DNA of 64,000 nt, taken from Candidatus Latescibacterota bacterium. GTDB taxonomy: Bacteria; Latescibacterota; UBA2968; GCA-2709665. A program made the position numbers and the translations under genes. Location: the NCBI GenBank assembly GCA_963667175.2, contig CAXXXF010000003.1, positions 192,001-256,000 on the forward strand. Direction: 5' to 3'. The notes under the pieces are model-generated. The model ran no database searches and was not told the DNA's origin. It saw nothing but the letters and a program-made list of their open reading frames with translations. Positions 29,542 through 39,600 of this stretch are shown here, one piece after another (position 1 is the stretch's first letter; each line of letters begins with the position of its first letter).

Positions 29542-29900
29542 CGCGCGTCGCTTGTTTCATTTCGAGACGGGAGATCTCGTTTTCGGACAACGCTTCTTGT
29601 CGGCCGACGGCGCTTGACTTCGGCACACCCGATCCGTCGTCTAGCAAATTGACAGATCGCCAATATCCGTCAGCGGTACTACGACGCGAACTTCAAGACC
29701 CAGGACATCCCGCATTTGATGGCGAGCTCGGTATCTATTTCGAATGAACTGTGTCAGAGAAGCGATTGCATTGTGACAAGCGGTGACACAAATTTCGGCG
29801 CAATGCCCGATACAAGGAAATTCAACGAGCTTGCTTCGCGCGACGCGTTGCTTTTCTGAACGATAAATTGCACGCAACTACCGTGAAGTTCTGTCAGGCG
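29516..29900 (+). pseudogene. Possible decayed HEPN gene
   Basis: Overlapping ATG in the usual HEPN position (MNDPARHRDARRLFHFETGDL...) followed by stops. Right end is approximate. Confidence 0.3.
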
Positions 29901-29968
29901 TGACCTCAGACGTCGACTTCACCAGGAGTCCTTGCCGCCTTGTCTTTGACAGATAGGGGAATTGAACC

Positions 29969-31144
29969 ATGCAAATTGAGCAGATTGAGATCAAAAACTA
30001 CCGTCCCTTCCGCCACGCGGTCCTCGGAGCTCTGCCGCGCATGGTCGTAGTTGTCGGCGCCAACGGCTCGGGCAAATCAACGCTCTATGATGTTTTCAGC
30101 TTTCTAAAGGATGCGCTGACTCAAAATGTCGCCACGGCGGTCGCCAGGCGAGGCGGATTCCAGGAGCTTGTCAGTCGTGGAGAAAACGGCCCGATCGGTA
30201 TTACGATTAAATTTCGAGAGAAAGGCGGGCGGCTGGCCACATATGTCCTTCAAGTGGCCGAAGATAGTGGACGTGTCGTCGTCCACCGCGAGATTCTACG
30301 CTACCGGCGGGGGCAGTATGGAAAGCCCTGGCATTTCGTTGATTTTTCGCGCGGTACGGGAACTGCGATCACAAATGAGTCCGTGTACGGCCAAAAAGGC
30401 GTCGTCGAAGAGCGGGAAGAGTATGAGCTCGACGATCCAAGCATCCTGGCGATAAAAGGTTTGGGCCAATTCCGTGAATTCCGTGTTGTATCGGAGTATC
30501 GTAGCCTGGTTGAGAACTGGCACGTGTCGAATTTCCACATTGCCGACGCCCGGCCGAGTGTCGACGCTGGCTACGCCGAACATCTGTCCAGCCGAGGCGA
30601 CAATGTCGCCCAGGTCGCCCACTATCTTTACGAGAATCACCGCGACTCGTTCGACCGAATTCTAAGGGCGATGAGTCACCGCGTTCCGGGTGTTAGTAGA
30701 GTAGAAGCCAAACCCACGGAGGACGGACGTCTGGTTTTACGCTTTCAGGATGGAAGCTTCAAGGATCCATTCATCGCCCGGTACGTCTCCGACGGCACCA
30801 TAAAGATGTTTGCATATCTCGTATTGCTCTATGACCCCAGACCTCATCCCTTGTTGGCAGTCGAAGAACCTGAAAACCAACTGTACCCCGAGCTGTTGGT
30901 TGAGCTAGCTGAGGAGTTTCGCGACTACGCCCAGCGAGGAGGTCAAGTGTTTATTTCAACACACTCACCTGATTTCCTGAATGGTGTGGAACTCGAAGAG
31001 ATCTTCTATTTGGTCAAGAAAAACGGCTTCACGACTGTGCGCCGAGCATCCGAGAGCGAGTTGCTACGCAACCTCGTCGACGAAGGGGATTTACCAGGTT
31101 CTCTCTGGAAGCAAAGGCTGTTTGAGGGAGTAGGACTACAATGA
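29969..31144 (+). CDS. ABC-type ATPase (AAA_21-like)
   Basis: VGANGSGKST, VSDGT, AVEEPENQL, STHSP. Confidence 0.88.
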   Translation: MQIEQIEIKNYRPFRHAVLGALPRMVVVVGANGSGKSTLYDVFSFLKDALTQNVATAVARRGGFQELVSRGENGPIGITIKFREKGGRLATYVLQVAEDSGRVVVHREILRYRRGQYGKPWHFVDFSRGTGTAITNESVYGQKGVVEEREEYELDDPSILAIKGLGQFREFRVVSEYRSLVENWHVSNFHIADARPSVDAGYAEHLSSRGDNVAQVAHYLYENHRDSFDRILRAMSHRVPGVSRVEAKPTEDGRLVLRFQDGSFKDPFIARYVSDGTIKMFAYLVLLYDPRPHPLLAVEEPENQLYPELLVELAEEFRDYAQRGGQVFISTHSPDFLNGVELEEIFYLVKKNGFTTVRRASESELLRNLVDEGDLPGSLWKQRLFEGVGLQ

Positions 31145-31731
31145 GGCACATTGTTTTCCTTCTGGAGGAGTTCTCAATGGGCGGCTTTCTGGATGTCTTG
31201 TTGCCGAGAATTTTTCCGGATCTGTCCTTTCAGTGCGTGCCCCACGAGGGTAAACAAGACCTTGAGAAGAGTATCCCTCGAAAATTAAGGGCGTGGCGCG
31301 AGCCGGGTGTACATTTCTGCGTGATTCGGGATAACGATAGTGGCGATTGCCGCGCACTGAAGGAAAGGCTTATCGCTCAATGCAAGTCGGGCGGCCGGGA
31401 TGACACCTTGATCCGCATCGCTTGCCAGGAGTTGGAGGCCTGGTATCTGGGCGAGCCGGATGCTTTGGCGGAGGCGTTCGCTAACGAAAAGCTGCGGGGC
31501 ATCGGAAATAAAGCGCGATATCGCAATCCGGACGCCGTCGTCAGACCATCTGCCGAAGTCCGAAAGCTCGTACCTGAATTCCAAAAGGTTTCGGGCGCTC
31601 GCCGCATGGCTTGCCATTTGACCTGCGACAGGAATAGGTCGGCTAGTTTCCGCACTTTTCTAATGGGAATTGAGGACCTATGGCGAAATCCCCTGATCGG
31701 GGATGTGCGTAGTCCATCAACCGTAGGATGA
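31141..31731 (+). CDS. DUF4276-like TOPRIM-fold protein
   Basis: VFLLEE, HEGKQDL, RDNDSGDC, ELEAWYLG, NRSASF. Confidence 0.75.
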   Translation: MRHIVFLLEEFSMGGFLDVLLPRIFPDLSFQCVPHEGKQDLEKSIPRKLRAWREPGVHFCVIRDNDSGDCRALKERLIAQCKSGGRDDTLIRIACQELEAWYLGEPDALAEAFANEKLRGIGNKARYRNPDAVVRPSAEVRKLVPEFQKVSGARRMACHLTCDRNRSASFRTFLMGIEDLWRNPLIGDVRSPSTVG

Positions 31732-31743
31732 GGATAAAGGACC

Positions 31744-34700
31744 ATGGCAGTAACCAACCGTGAACGCGTCGAAAAGGCGCTCGATCTATTGAAGGCGGGA
31801 TTGGGTCCATTCGTCGATCGAGAAGTCAAGAGTGCATTTAAAGCAAAGCGATTGGACGAATACGGCTTCCACCACTATCAGGATGACCCGAAACTCAAAG
31901 GCAAGCCCGTTACCGGATGGGACGCGGCCGCTTTGTTGAAGTTGATGTGGACCACGTGGAACGACGTGTTCAGGTATACGCTCGGGCATATCGAACGTAG
32001 TCTCGTCTCCGAACTTCGTGATTGGCGCAATAAATGGGCGCACCAGGAGCACTTTTCGAGCGATGATACAGACCGGGCCCTCGACTCCGCGGAGCGACTG
32101 CTTACGGCGGTTTCGGCATCCCAGGCGGGCCAGGTCAATCGAATGAAAGTGGAGCTTCGCCGTCTGGTAATTGACGAACAGGTCCGGGGGGAACAGCGCA
32201 AGGCGGGCGCGCTTATCGAGTCCCCGGGCGCCAGTGCATTGAAACCCTGGCGCGAGGTGGCAATGCCGCACAACGACGTCGCCACGGGCGGGTACCAGCA
32301 GGCGGAGTTCGCAGCGGATTTGTGGCAGGTACACCTCGGAGAAGGGTCGGACGAGTATCGCGACCCGCAGGAGTTCTTCCGCCGCACGTATCTCACTGAA
32401 AGCCTGAGACGTCTGCTGGAAGGCGCGGTGAGACGTTTGGCAGGTACGGGAGGCGACCCGGTGGTGCAGTTGCAGACCAATTTCGGCGGCGGCAAAACGC
32501 ACTCGATGTTGGCGCTCTACCATCTGTTTTCCGGAATGGCGCCAGGAAGGCTCGAGGGCATGGACGAGGTGCTGGCGGGCGCGGCGGTCGAAACGCCCCC
32601 GTCCGTACGGCGCGTGGTGCTGGTTGGAAACCGAATCTCACCCGGGAATCCGACGGAAAAATCGGACGGCACGGTGGTGGGCACGTTGTGGGGCGAACTC
32701 GCGTACCAGCTTGGCGGTCGGGATGCGTTCGAGCGGGTCCGCGCGGATGACGAGAAGGCCACAAATCCCGGCGATACGCTGCGGGAACTGTTCAACGATT
32801 ACGGACCGTGCGTCGTGCTCATCGATGAGTGGGTGTCGTACGCGCGGCAACTGCACGATGAAGGCGACCTGCCCGGCGGCAGTTTCGAGACGCAGTTCAC
32901 GTTCGCGCAGGCCCTCACCGAATCGGTGAAAGTCACGGGCAACTGCCTGCTGGTGATATCGCTACCGGCCTCGGACACGTCGGATTCGGGTTCGCCGCAT
33001 ACGGAGGCTGACGATGCGGAGGTGGGCGGTATTCGGGGCCGAAGCGCCCTCGAACGCTTGCGAAATGTACTCGGACGGGTGGATTCGCCCTGGCGTCCGG
33101 CGAGCGCCGAGGAAAGCTTTGAAATCGTACGGCGCAGGCTGTTCGAGCCGCTCGCGGGGACGGACGCATTTAAGCAGCGCGATGTGACCGCCCGCGCTTT
33201 CGCGGATCTCTATCGCGTACAGCAGGGAAATTTTCCGGCTGAGTGCCGCGCCATGGATTATCAGAAGCGCATGATGGCCGCGTACCCCATCCATCCGGAG
33301 ATATTCGACAGGCTTTACACGGACTGGTCCGCGCTCGCCAGGTTCCAGCGGACGCGCGGCGTTCTGCGACTGATGGCCGCGGTCATCCACAGTCTTTGGG
33401 AGCGTGGCGACCGCAATCCACTCATTCTGCCGTCCACCATACCCATTGACGATCAGCGGGTTCAGAATGAACTGACGCGGTATCTGCCCGAGAACTGGAC
33501 GCCCGTTATCGAGAAAGACGTTGACGGTCCGGGCGCATTGCCGCTCAGGATCGACGCCGAAGTACCGAACCTTGGCAAACTCTCCGCGACGAGACGCGTG
33601 GCGCGTACCGTCTATATCGGATCGGCGCCGACCCGCGCGGCGGCGCAACGGGGTATCGACGACGCGCGGGTTAAACTGGGGTGCGCCATGCCGGGGGAGA
33701 CGCCAGCGGTCTTTACGGACGCGCTTCGCAGGCTAGCGACGGCGGCAACCTATCTGTACCAGGACGGGCCGCGCGTGTGGTACGATACGCAGCCGACGGT
33801 CACCAAACTGGCCGAAGACCGCGCCGAGCAGTTGAGGACCCATCCCGACGAGATGGCGAGAGAACTGGAAAAACGACTCGAATCGGACTTGCGCACGGCC
33901 GGAGATTTCGAGCGAATCCATTCACTTCCCCGTTCGGGGGCGGACGTACCGGACGATCTGGACGCACGGCTCGTGGTGCTTTCAGCGGAGCAGCCCTACT
34001 CGAGAGAGCCGGACAACGCGGCGGAAGCCGCCGCAAAAGAGGTCCTGGAAATGCGCGGCAACACGCCGCGTCTTTACAGGAATACATTGGTCTTCCTCGC
34101 AGTGGACAAGGTGCGATGGCAGGACCTGGATGAGGCCCTGCGCAAGTATCTGGCGTGGAAGTCGATTGTCGAAGACAGGGTCGAACTCAACCTTGATCCG
34201 CATCAGGCCCGCCAGGCCGAAACTCAAAGGAATGCGGCTGACGACACGGTGACCGCGCGCCTGCCAGAGGCGTATCAGTGGCTGCTCGTGCCCGAGCAGT
34301 CCAACCCACAGGCGGCGATGTCATGGAATGCAATCCGTCTCACGGCCTCCGGCGGCCTCGCCGAACGGGCTTCCAGGCGGCTGCGAAACGACGAGACGAT
34401 GATTTCCTCACTCGGCGCGACAATACTGCAAAAGCACCTCGACGACGTGCCGCTCTGGCGCGGCGAACACGTGGAGGTGCGTCAACTGATTCAGGATTTC
34501 GGGCAATTTCTCTACCTTCCCCGCCTTGCCGGGCCGGACGTTCTCACGCGCGCAATTCAGGACGGCGTGGGATTGATATCCTGGAAATCCGATAGCTTCG
34601 CCTATGCCGAGAGTTACGACGAATCCGAAAGCAGGTATCGCGGCCTGCGAGCGCCATCGACCGTGAGCGTTACGCCCGAGAGCAACGCACTCCTGGTGAA

Positions 34701-35067
34701 GCCGATTGTCGCTGGCGAACAGTTGGACGCGGAGAGACAAAAGCAAGAAGGATCGGAGACGGCGGGCGGTGGCAGCGAAGAAGACGGTAGGGAAGATCAG
34801 CCACATGTTGCGGACAAGCCACCCGAACCGAAGGCCACGCGGTACCATGGCGCGGTGACGCTGAATCACCAGCGTGTGGGTCGCGACGCCAGTCAGATTG
34901 CCGACGAGGTGATCGCGCATCTATCGGGGATCGTGGGCGCGGACGTGACGGTGACGCTGGAGATTCACGCGGAGATACCCGATGGCGCCCCGGAAAACGT
35001 CGTGCGGACGGTTACCGAGAACAGCCATACTCTAAAGTTCGAGAGCCACGGGTTCGAGGAGTCGTAA
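31744..35067 (+). CDS. DUF499 AAA+ ATPase with N-terminal Swt1-like HEPN domain
   Basis: RNKWAH (Rx4H), EFAADL, LQTNFGGGKTH, LIDEW, YPIHPE, FQRTRGVLRL. Confidence 0.9.
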   Translation: MAVTNRERVEKALDLLKAGLGPFVDREVKSAFKAKRLDEYGFHHYQDDPKLKGKPVTGWDAAALLKLMWTTWNDVFRYTLGHIERSLVSELRDWRNKWAHQEHFSSDDTDRALDSAERLLTAVSASQAGQVNRMKVELRRLVIDEQVRGEQRKAGALIESPGASALKPWREVAMPHNDVATGGYQQAEFAADLWQVHLGEGSDEYRDPQEFFRRTYLTESLRRLLEGAVRRLAGTGGDPVVQLQTNFGGGKTHSMLALYHLFSGMAPGRLEGMDEVLAGAAVETPPSVRRVVLVGNRISPGNPTEKSDGTVVGTLWGELAYQLGGRDAFERVRADDEKATNPGDTLRELFNDYGPCVVLIDEWVSYARQLHDEGDLPGGSFETQFTFAQALTESVKVTGNCLLVISLPASDTSDSGSPHTEADDAEVGGIRGRSALERLRNVLGRVDSPWRPASAEESFEIVRRRLFEPLAGTDAFKQRDVTARAFADLYRVQQGNFPAECRAMDYQKRMMAAYPIHPEIFDRLYTDWSALARFQRTRGVLRLMAAVIHSLWERGDRNPLILPSTIPIDDQRVQNELTRYLPENWTPVIEKDVDGPGALPLRIDAEVPNLGKLSATRRVARTVYIGSAPTRAAAQRGIDDARVKLGCAMPGETPAVFTDALRRLATAATYLYQDGPRVWYDTQPTVTKLAEDRAEQLRTHPDEMARELEKRLESDLRTAGDFERIHSLPRSGADVPDDLDARLVVLSAEQPYSREPDNAAEAAAKEVLEMRGNTPRLYRNTLVFLAVDKVRWQDLDEALRKYLAWKSIVEDRVELNLDPHQARQAETQRNAADDTVTARLPEAYQWLLVPEQSNPQAAMSWNAIRLTASGGLAERASRRLRNDETMISSLGATILQKHLDDVPLWRGEHVEVRQLIQDFGQFLYLPRLAGPDVLTRAIQDGVGLISWKSDSFAYAESYDESESRYRGLRAPSTVSVTPESNALLVKPIVAGEQLDAERQKQEGSETAGGGSEEDGREDQPHVADKPPEPKATRYHGAVTLNHQRVGRDASQIADEVIAHLSGIVGADVTVTLEIHAEIPDGAPENVVRTVTENSHTLKFESHGFEES

Positions 35068-35201
35068 CGTCGGGCGGGTTGTGTGGGCAATGCAATGATT
35101 GAATTGCTGCCTTGTAGAGTTATATTGAGTGTTGAGAGAGAGACCGAGGGAACCACGTCCCGAAGTAGCGGTCTATTCATATATGATTTGGAGGGCCCAA
35201 T

Positions 35202-35414
35202 ATGCGGACGAGCGAAGTTATATTCGAAGTGACCGAAGCCATTGAAGGCGGCTACGATGCCAGGGCGCTGGGTCATGCAATTTTCACCCAGGGACAAGAT
35301 TGGACCGATTTGAAGTCTATGGTCAAGGACGCGGTACTCTGCCACTTTGATACTGCGGATTTGCCCAAAGTAATCCGGCTGCATCTCGTCAAGGATGAAG
35401 TGATCGCAGTATGA
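35202..35414 (+). CDS. HicB-like (partial RNase H fold) antitoxin
   Basis: EVIFEVTEAIEGGYDARALGHAIFTQG...VKDAVLCHF. Overlaps a HicA-like start. Confidence 0.7.
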   Translation: MRTSEVIFEVTEAIEGGYDARALGHAIFTQGQDWTDLKSMVKDAVLCHFDTADLPKVIRLHLVKDEVIAV

Positions 35415-35770
35415 GACTGCCTCGGGATCTTTCCGGCGACGAATTGGCTGGATTCCCGCATATGCCGAAAGCGGGGCGTCGAGGCCAGCCCCCGACATTT
35501 ACATTGATGATGGGACTCTTGTCGAGTTTGCAATTCGTTAAATCGTATGCCTCTCGTTCAATCGGTCACAAAACGAAGCGGTTGTCAAGCATATATTCTG
35601 TGGAGACCCATTGGTCGAACATGAAGACGAATTTACATGCGCAAGCGGAGCGATTTGACACCTCTGTAAACCGAAACGATTCCTGGAGCGAGCAAGATCA
35701 AAGAGATTTGACGAAAGCCTCCTTACAGCATGCGGTGACACGCTACCCCGAGGATGAGCATCTTGTTTAA
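35411..35770 (+). pseudogene. Chimeric ORF: HicA-like stub (MRLPRDLSGDELA) joined to a putative antitoxin remnant (35621-35770)
   Basis: HicA similarity ends after ~13 aa. The C-terminal acidic DSWSEQDQRDL overlaps the PemK-like gene. Confidence 0.5.
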
Positions 35771-36104
35771 TCCGGGCGACGTGGTAGTGCTTGAATTTCC
35801 TGGTGCGAAGGAGATCAAACGCCGACCGGCGGACCTCGTCTCGTCTTCGGTTTATCATACTTCTCGACCTGATGTGGTCGTCGGCCTGGTTAAAAGCCAA
35901 ACCATGGAACTCGAGCCCGCGGACTATGTATTGCAGGATTGGCCGCAGGCGGGTTTGAGGATTCCGTCTGTTTTTCGCGGTTTTTTCGCGACTCTGCCCA
36001 CTGCTACCCATCATGCGGTTGTCGGCCGTCTGTCGGAACGCGACTGAATCGAAGTATGTGGGCGTGTGAGAATTGCCCCGGAGCCACTGGCTTCCATTGA
36101 GTGA
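35754..36104 (+). pseudogene. PemK/MazF-like toxin with probable premature stop at 36045-36047
   Basis: PGDVVVLEFP...KRRPA..VSS...DWPQAGLRIPS. LSERD* where W is expected, and the frame stays open to 36104. Confidence 0.65.
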
Positions 36105-36219
36105 CGGGCTCACAACGGCCCCACAATGCGGGCGGAGCGCCAGTGGGTATTGCGGCAATCGGAAAGATTGGAGATTGACCCCCTGCCACGATCAGCATGC
36201 CAGGGTCCAGGGCGTTAAT

Positions 36220-36472
36220 TTCCCTGGGAGCGAGGGCATCCCTGCCCTCGCCGGCAGATGCGCGGGGCCTTGGCGCCGTCATTTCCGATATGGAATTGGC
36301 TGCAAAGGAAGCGGTAGGCCCTTGATTTAGACATTGGTGGGTGATGCGAAGTTCGAGGGCAGGGATGCCCTCGGTCCGGAAACTGGTGGATCATGAACTG
36401 ATGTAAGGCAGAATTGGCTCGGTGTTGGGGATGCCCTCGGTCCGGGGATGCCCTTCGGTCCCGGGGATGCCC
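36220..36472. repeat. REP doublet unit 5 plus tandem half-REPs
   Basis: 20-mer pair at 36231-36250/36354-36373 with the same internal and tail sequence as units 2 and 4. Three gggatgccc.. half copies at 36428-36472. Confidence 0.92.
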
Positions 36473-36676
36473 ATCGTTCTGTGGATGCGGCGTCTCCGGC
36501 CGAGGATGGGTCGAAACCTTAGCTGGCGCATGATTTAGACATACTTATATTTAATACAACCCAGCGGTCCGTGCAGAGCGGCCGATGTGAATTCTCATTG
36601 ACGCCCGGCGCGCGCGGTTCCGGGTGTCTTTTAGTTGCGATCGAGAGGGATTTCGAGTCGCGAGGAGGGCTGTGCG

Positions 36677-39600
36677 ATGGCATTTTCACCTGCGGTTCAC
36701 GAGACGAATCTGGGGCAGGGGGTCTGCATATCGGCGCCGGCGGGGGAATCCTACCAGGATGCGGCCCGCAGTCTGAAGGAGTCACTGGAGGACACGCTTT
36801 CGGCGCCCGTGGACGTGCTTCCGGACGGAGAACTGGATGGCGGCGGCCGGCACGTGATCGCGCTGGGGAACATGATGGACAGCGCGTTCCTGCGAACGCT
36901 CTATTTCCGGGCCTACGATCTCACCGACCGGGTATGGCCGGGGCCTGGCGGGTGGGTGGTGCGCACGGCGCCTCATTCACTGGACGGCGCGGATCACGTG
37001 CTCGTAGCGGGCGTGAGCAGCGCGGAGGATATCGGCGAAGCGGCCGGCGCGCTGGCGGGCGCGATCGCGGAAAGCGGTCCGGTCCTCCCGTACCAATACG
37101 AGGTGCATCCGGGCAGCTGGTCGGACCTGTACGTGACGCCGGCGAACGAGTTGATCGCAAAGAGCGAAAGGGACCTCGAGCAGGAATCCATCGGCGGTGG
37201 ATCGGGCGACTGGACCTACATGATGGTTGTGGCCGATATGGGGATGTTGGCGGTGCAGACGGGAAACGAAGCGTTGACGTCGACGTTCTGCCGGCAGATC
37301 TGCCACTTCGCCCGCACGCGCTGGTTCGAGCGGACGCTGGAGGACCCCACGTTGATCCACGGCTTCATCCGGGTTCTTCTGCTGCCGTTCACGATCCTGG
37401 AAAACCATCCCGCGCTTCCCGCCTCACTCCGGGAGCAGACGCTGGAGGCGCTGCTGGGGCTCTTCAGGTCGGCGGAAGGGGCCGGCAATTCCGGGTTGCT
37501 GTCCTGCGTGGGCGTGGACAGGGTGCGCCAGAACCATCAGACCCGATCGGCGCTGGATATGTTCTACGGAGGCCGCTACTTCCACCAGGTGCATGGGCTC
37601 GCGGAGGGGTTGGCGTGGATGAAGCTGGCGGAGGTCTTCTTTGCGCCGCAGATGGGATCCAACAAGCCCGTGTGCGACTCGTGGGGCCACCAGTGGGGGG
37701 CCTCGCTGTTCAACACGGCGGATTACGCGCTGGCGGCGGGGAAGACCGACTACTTTTCAAGCCAGGCCTATCTCGAGGGCGTGGACCGGGCGCTCGTCGC
37801 GCACAGCAACCTGGAGCGCGGCCCGGAACAGTACTGCCGCATGGCCGCGGCGGTTACGGGCAATGATGAATACCTGCAGCTTTGTGAATCCATCGACGAA
37901 GAAGCCACGGCGGAGCGGACCATTCGAGGGGCTGAGGAACCCCTGCGGACATGGGTGACGGGACGGCGGGCGGTGGCGCCGGAGAGGTTGGGACGGGTCG
38001 GCGTGGCCCCTCTCTCGCGGCTTTTCTACGATTCGATCGAAGAATATACGACGTTTGCGCCGGAGAATGGCATTTATCTGCGGAATCTGCCCTACGAACA
38101 GACGTTCGACAAGGTGTACTTCCGGTCCGGATGGACGGACCAGGACGATTACCTGTTGCTGGACGGGATCTCGGGCGGCTCTCACTCCTACCAGGACGGC
38201 AACTGCATTGTGCGTTACACCAGTCGCGGCGTATCCTGGTTCAGGTTTGCCGGCGGGCATTCGCCCGCAACGGTTCGAGATTACACGGGCGTGAGTGTAT
38301 CCGTGGACGGCGCCGGGCCGGGGTGCGAGTCCAGGTACGCGGCGTTGCGTTATCTTCACGAAGGGGAGTCCCTTTCCGTGGCCGGTACGTCGATGACCTA
38401 TCCGGAGCAGGGGGACTGGTACCGGCATATCGTGTACAGCCGTGACGGATGGTTTCTTGTGATCGACGAAGTCTGGCCTGTGGTGACGGGCGACTTTCTG
38501 GTGGAGTGTCGCTGGCACCTTCTGGGCGAAGCGGACCTTTCCGATGGGCTGTTGCGTTCGGTTCAGAACGATGCGCAACTGAATATGCGCCACTGTGGAA
38601 GCGGTCGCCAGGAACTGATTGCGTCGGACGATTGGTGCGCGGAGGACTACGCGAAATGGGTCCAGCGTTCCCTGGCGACGCTCCGGCCCGGGACGGGGAT
38701 CCGGTTCGGGACGCTTTTCTGGACCGGCGCGGTGGGAGACGGAAGGGATTTCAGCCTGGTCGAGGAAAAAAGCGGCTTCCGGATCGAGGGGGATGGCGAC
38801 CCCGTCAGGATCGTCCTGGAAGAGGAGGTAGAGAGCCCCGCCGTTGCCGCCTCCGGCGCGACGTTACCCACAGCGAGCGGGGGCGTCGTTGCGTCCGATC
38901 CCACGCCATTCCAAATTGCCGGCGGCGAAGCCAGGCCTGAATGGAGTACGCGGTGTGCAAACGCCGTGACCGCGCTGGATATCGGGTCGGAGAGATGGTT
39001 CGGCGGCGACGACGGCGGGGTGACCGCGTTCGATCCCGCCGGAGACGTACTCTGGAAACGGGAGATCGAAGGCGGCGTCGGCGCCATTGCGGCCCTGGAC
39101 GACGGCGGCGCTGCCGCCGGGGGCGGCGGAGAAACCGTGTACCGGCTGGATGCCTCCGGAGATACGGTCTGGTCGCACCGGATCCAGTGGCAGCCGATGA
39201 ACTGGGATAGCTGGTCCAGGAAGAATTGTGAGGTCTTGAGTCTGGCCTCGGGCGATATCGACGGGGACGGACGGGAGGAGATCCTGGTGGGATGCGCGGA
39301 CCGTCACGTGTACGCGTTTGATGGCGAGGGCAACCAATTATGGCGTTCCCCCTGCCAGTGGGGACCGCCGGTCTGTCTGGATACGGCGAGGCTGGCGGAC
39401 GGGCCGGAACGGCAGACGCTCGCCGGCCTGGCGGACCCCGCCATCCACGCGCACACCCTGGTCTTCGGCAAGGACGGGACGCTGGGGCGGCCGCTGCGGC
39501 GGCCGGATATCGTCAGCTGGTCGATCCCTTCGTGGTCCCGGTGCCTGAGGGTGGCGGACGTGGACGGCGACGGCCGGGACGAGGTGATCAGCGGGGTGGA

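Noticed and set aside
2063-35067. BREX or DISARM
   Set aside because: No PglZ, BrxC/PglY, DUF1998 or PLD genes were recognised. DUF1156/DUF499 indicate a different system.
5636-36100. Integron cassette array
   Set aside because: No tyrosine integrase and no recurring attC-like sites were seen, and many genes overlap.
36571-37866. 431-aa alternative-frame ORF and long antisense ORFs (e.g. 44664-46532, 60116-61471)
   Set aside because: Shadow ORFs of GC-rich genes with no recognisable motifs.
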